The notes beneath the pieces were generated by a model that ran no database searches, was not told where the DNA came from, and was given only the letters and a program-made list of their open reading frames with translations. Shown here in pieces: positions 31,075 to 32,000 of a stretch of DNA of 32,000 nt. The first letter of the stretch is position 1, and each line of letters begins with the position of its first letter. The position numbers and the translations under genes were made by a program. This stretch comes from Psychrobacter cryohalolentis K5 (GTDB taxonomy: Bacteria; Pseudomonadota; Gammaproteobacteria; Pseudomonadales; Moraxellaceae), in contig NC_007969.1 in NCBI RefSeq assembly GCF_000013905.1, positions 720,001 through 752,000 on the forward strand, given 5' to 3'.

Positions 31075-31194
31075 TACCATCATCTATACTTTTAAGAACT
31101 TGCATACGAAAATCTAGTGAGTAAGTCATGGTCTTTATAATAACAATTGAATTTGATAATTAGTTTATAACACTTTTAAGTGGACTTGACTATA
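31075..31194 (-). pseudogene. 5' end of IS630-family copy B: terminal repeat plus the first 17 codons of its transposase
   Basis: The reverse strand from ATG (complement of 31127-31129) reads MTYSLDFRMQVLKSIDD, against MTYSADFRAQVLKSVKQ in copy A. The terminal sequence tatagtcaagtccacttaaaagtgttata (reverse complement ending at 31194) matches the copy-A left end at 20/29 positions. It lies about the same distance (about 65 nt) upstream of the ATG. Confidence 0.75.
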
Positions 31195-31291
31195 TTCGAC
31201 AGTGTTGTTAATTTCGAGCTTAGTCCATGACTTTTGCAAGAAGTCTAATATTTGTAAAACTATTTTTCTAAAATAATCATTATGGTTGAAT

Positions 31292-32000
31292 ATGCTTAAA
31301 ATCAATAACTATTATTTGCTATTTATTATTATCTTATTTTATTTCATTAAGATGTTTATTTTTATAGCTATTAAAAATGATTTATTCTTAATACCTTTAG
31401 GAGGAGGAAGTGATGCAAATTATTACGATAACTACGCTTTAGGTCGTTTTGATTTAGCAGTTAATGTATGGCCAGTTATATTGAGGTCTCTTAATGATAT
31501 TGGAATTTATTCACGGGAATACATCTCTTACTTATTTTTTCTTTTAAATCTATTTTTTATTCCAAGTATGGTTTCTAAAATCTCAGGATTAAGCTTTAAA
31601 TATCATCAAAAGTATTACCTTTATATCTTTCTTTTATGTGCTATTTATCCAACACTTTTTATTTTTACTTTCGATATTTATCGAGATGTATTTATGGTAT
31701 TTATCTTCTTAATGGGTTGTTTTTTTGTGAAAAAATCTTTAGAGAGCTCAAGATTCTCAAGATTTTTATTAATGTTAGCTGTATCTGCTATAGTAGGTTT
31801 ATTTTTACTAGGTCTACGCCCTTATCTAGGATATGCATTTCTATTATCACTTCTACTCTGGAAAATAAAATTTACTAAGAGAAGAATCATATTTCTTGGA
31901 GCGTTATATTTCCTTGCGTTATTCGCTGCTAATTATGTAGGTATTTTCAATTCCCTCACTGAATACCGCGCAGGATTCGAAGAGGCTGAGGGCGGCTCAA
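31292..32000 (+). CDS. Multi-pass integral membrane protein, candidate Wzy-type polymerase (EpsG/O-antigen-polymerase-like); 3' end outside the window
   Basis: Absent from the track because it runs off the window. Hand translation from ATG 31292 is open to 32000 (236 codons): MLKINNYYLLFIIILFYFIKMFIFIAIKNDLFLIPLGGGSDANYYDNYALGRFDLAVNVWPVILRSL...YLYIFLLCAIYPTLFIFTFDIYRDVFMVFIFLMGCFFV...LLMLAVSAIVGLFLLGLRPYLGYAFLLSLLLW.... It is very AT-rich with at least 6 hydrophobic segments, and it supplies the only Wzx/Wzy-pathway function not found elsewhere in the window. Confidence 0.45.
   Translation, partial: MLKINNYYLLFIIILFYFIKMFIFIAIKNDLFLIPLGGGSDANYYDNYALGRFDLAVNVWPVILRSLNDIGIYSREYISYLFFLLNLFFIPSMVSKISGLSFKYHQKYYLYIFLLCAIYPTLFIFTFDIYRDVFMVFIFLMGCFFVKKSLESSRFSRFLLMLAVSAIVGLFLLGLRPYLGYAFLLSLLLWKIKFTKRRIIFLGALYFLALFAANYVGIFNSLTEYRAGFEEAEGGS

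Overview
This window is about 40% GC by eye and looks gammaproteobacterial, probably Moraxellaceae (Psychrobacter or Acinetobacter-like); that taxon guess is unverified. It has three parts.

(1) 1-4064, housekeeping flank. It holds a LysE/ArgO-type exporter on the minus strand, truncated by the window edge. Three tandem uncharacterised genes follow, which are visibly paralogous to one another. rluB lies on the minus strand.

(2) 4463-28642, a roughly 24 kb co-directional surface-polysaccharide (capsule/K-type) locus of the Wzx/Wzy-dependent kind.
- Export genes: wza-wzb-wzc.
- A membrane CapD/PglF/WbpM-like 4,6-dehydratase.
- A complete UDP-GlcNAc3NAcA set: a Gna/TviB-type dehydrogenase plus WbpB, WbpD and WbpE equivalents.
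- A second amino-sugar module: an ArnA-C-terminal-like SDR, a DegT aminotransferase and a hexapeptide acetyltransferase.
- An AT-rich serotype-specific core: a GT-B-like protein, wzx, an AsnB-like amidotransferase and a GT4-like glycosyltransferase.
- rmlBACD and two further glycosyltransferases.

(3) 28643-31194, a nest of insertion sequences. It contains a 5' stub of an IS30-type transposase gene and a complete IS3-family element with an A6G frameshift site and no target duplication. It also contains a complete IS630-family element inserted at a TA inside a second, diverged IS630-family copy on the opposite strand.

Beyond the nest, an AT-rich multi-pass membrane ORF (31292 to the window end) is the best Wzy candidate. 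No initiating transferase, tRNA, rRNA or CRISPR array is visible.

I found no recognisable defence or toxin system. The most second-look-worthy items are the paralog triplet, the ArnA-like amino-sugar module and the reconstructable IS nest that detaches the wzy-like gene from the operon.
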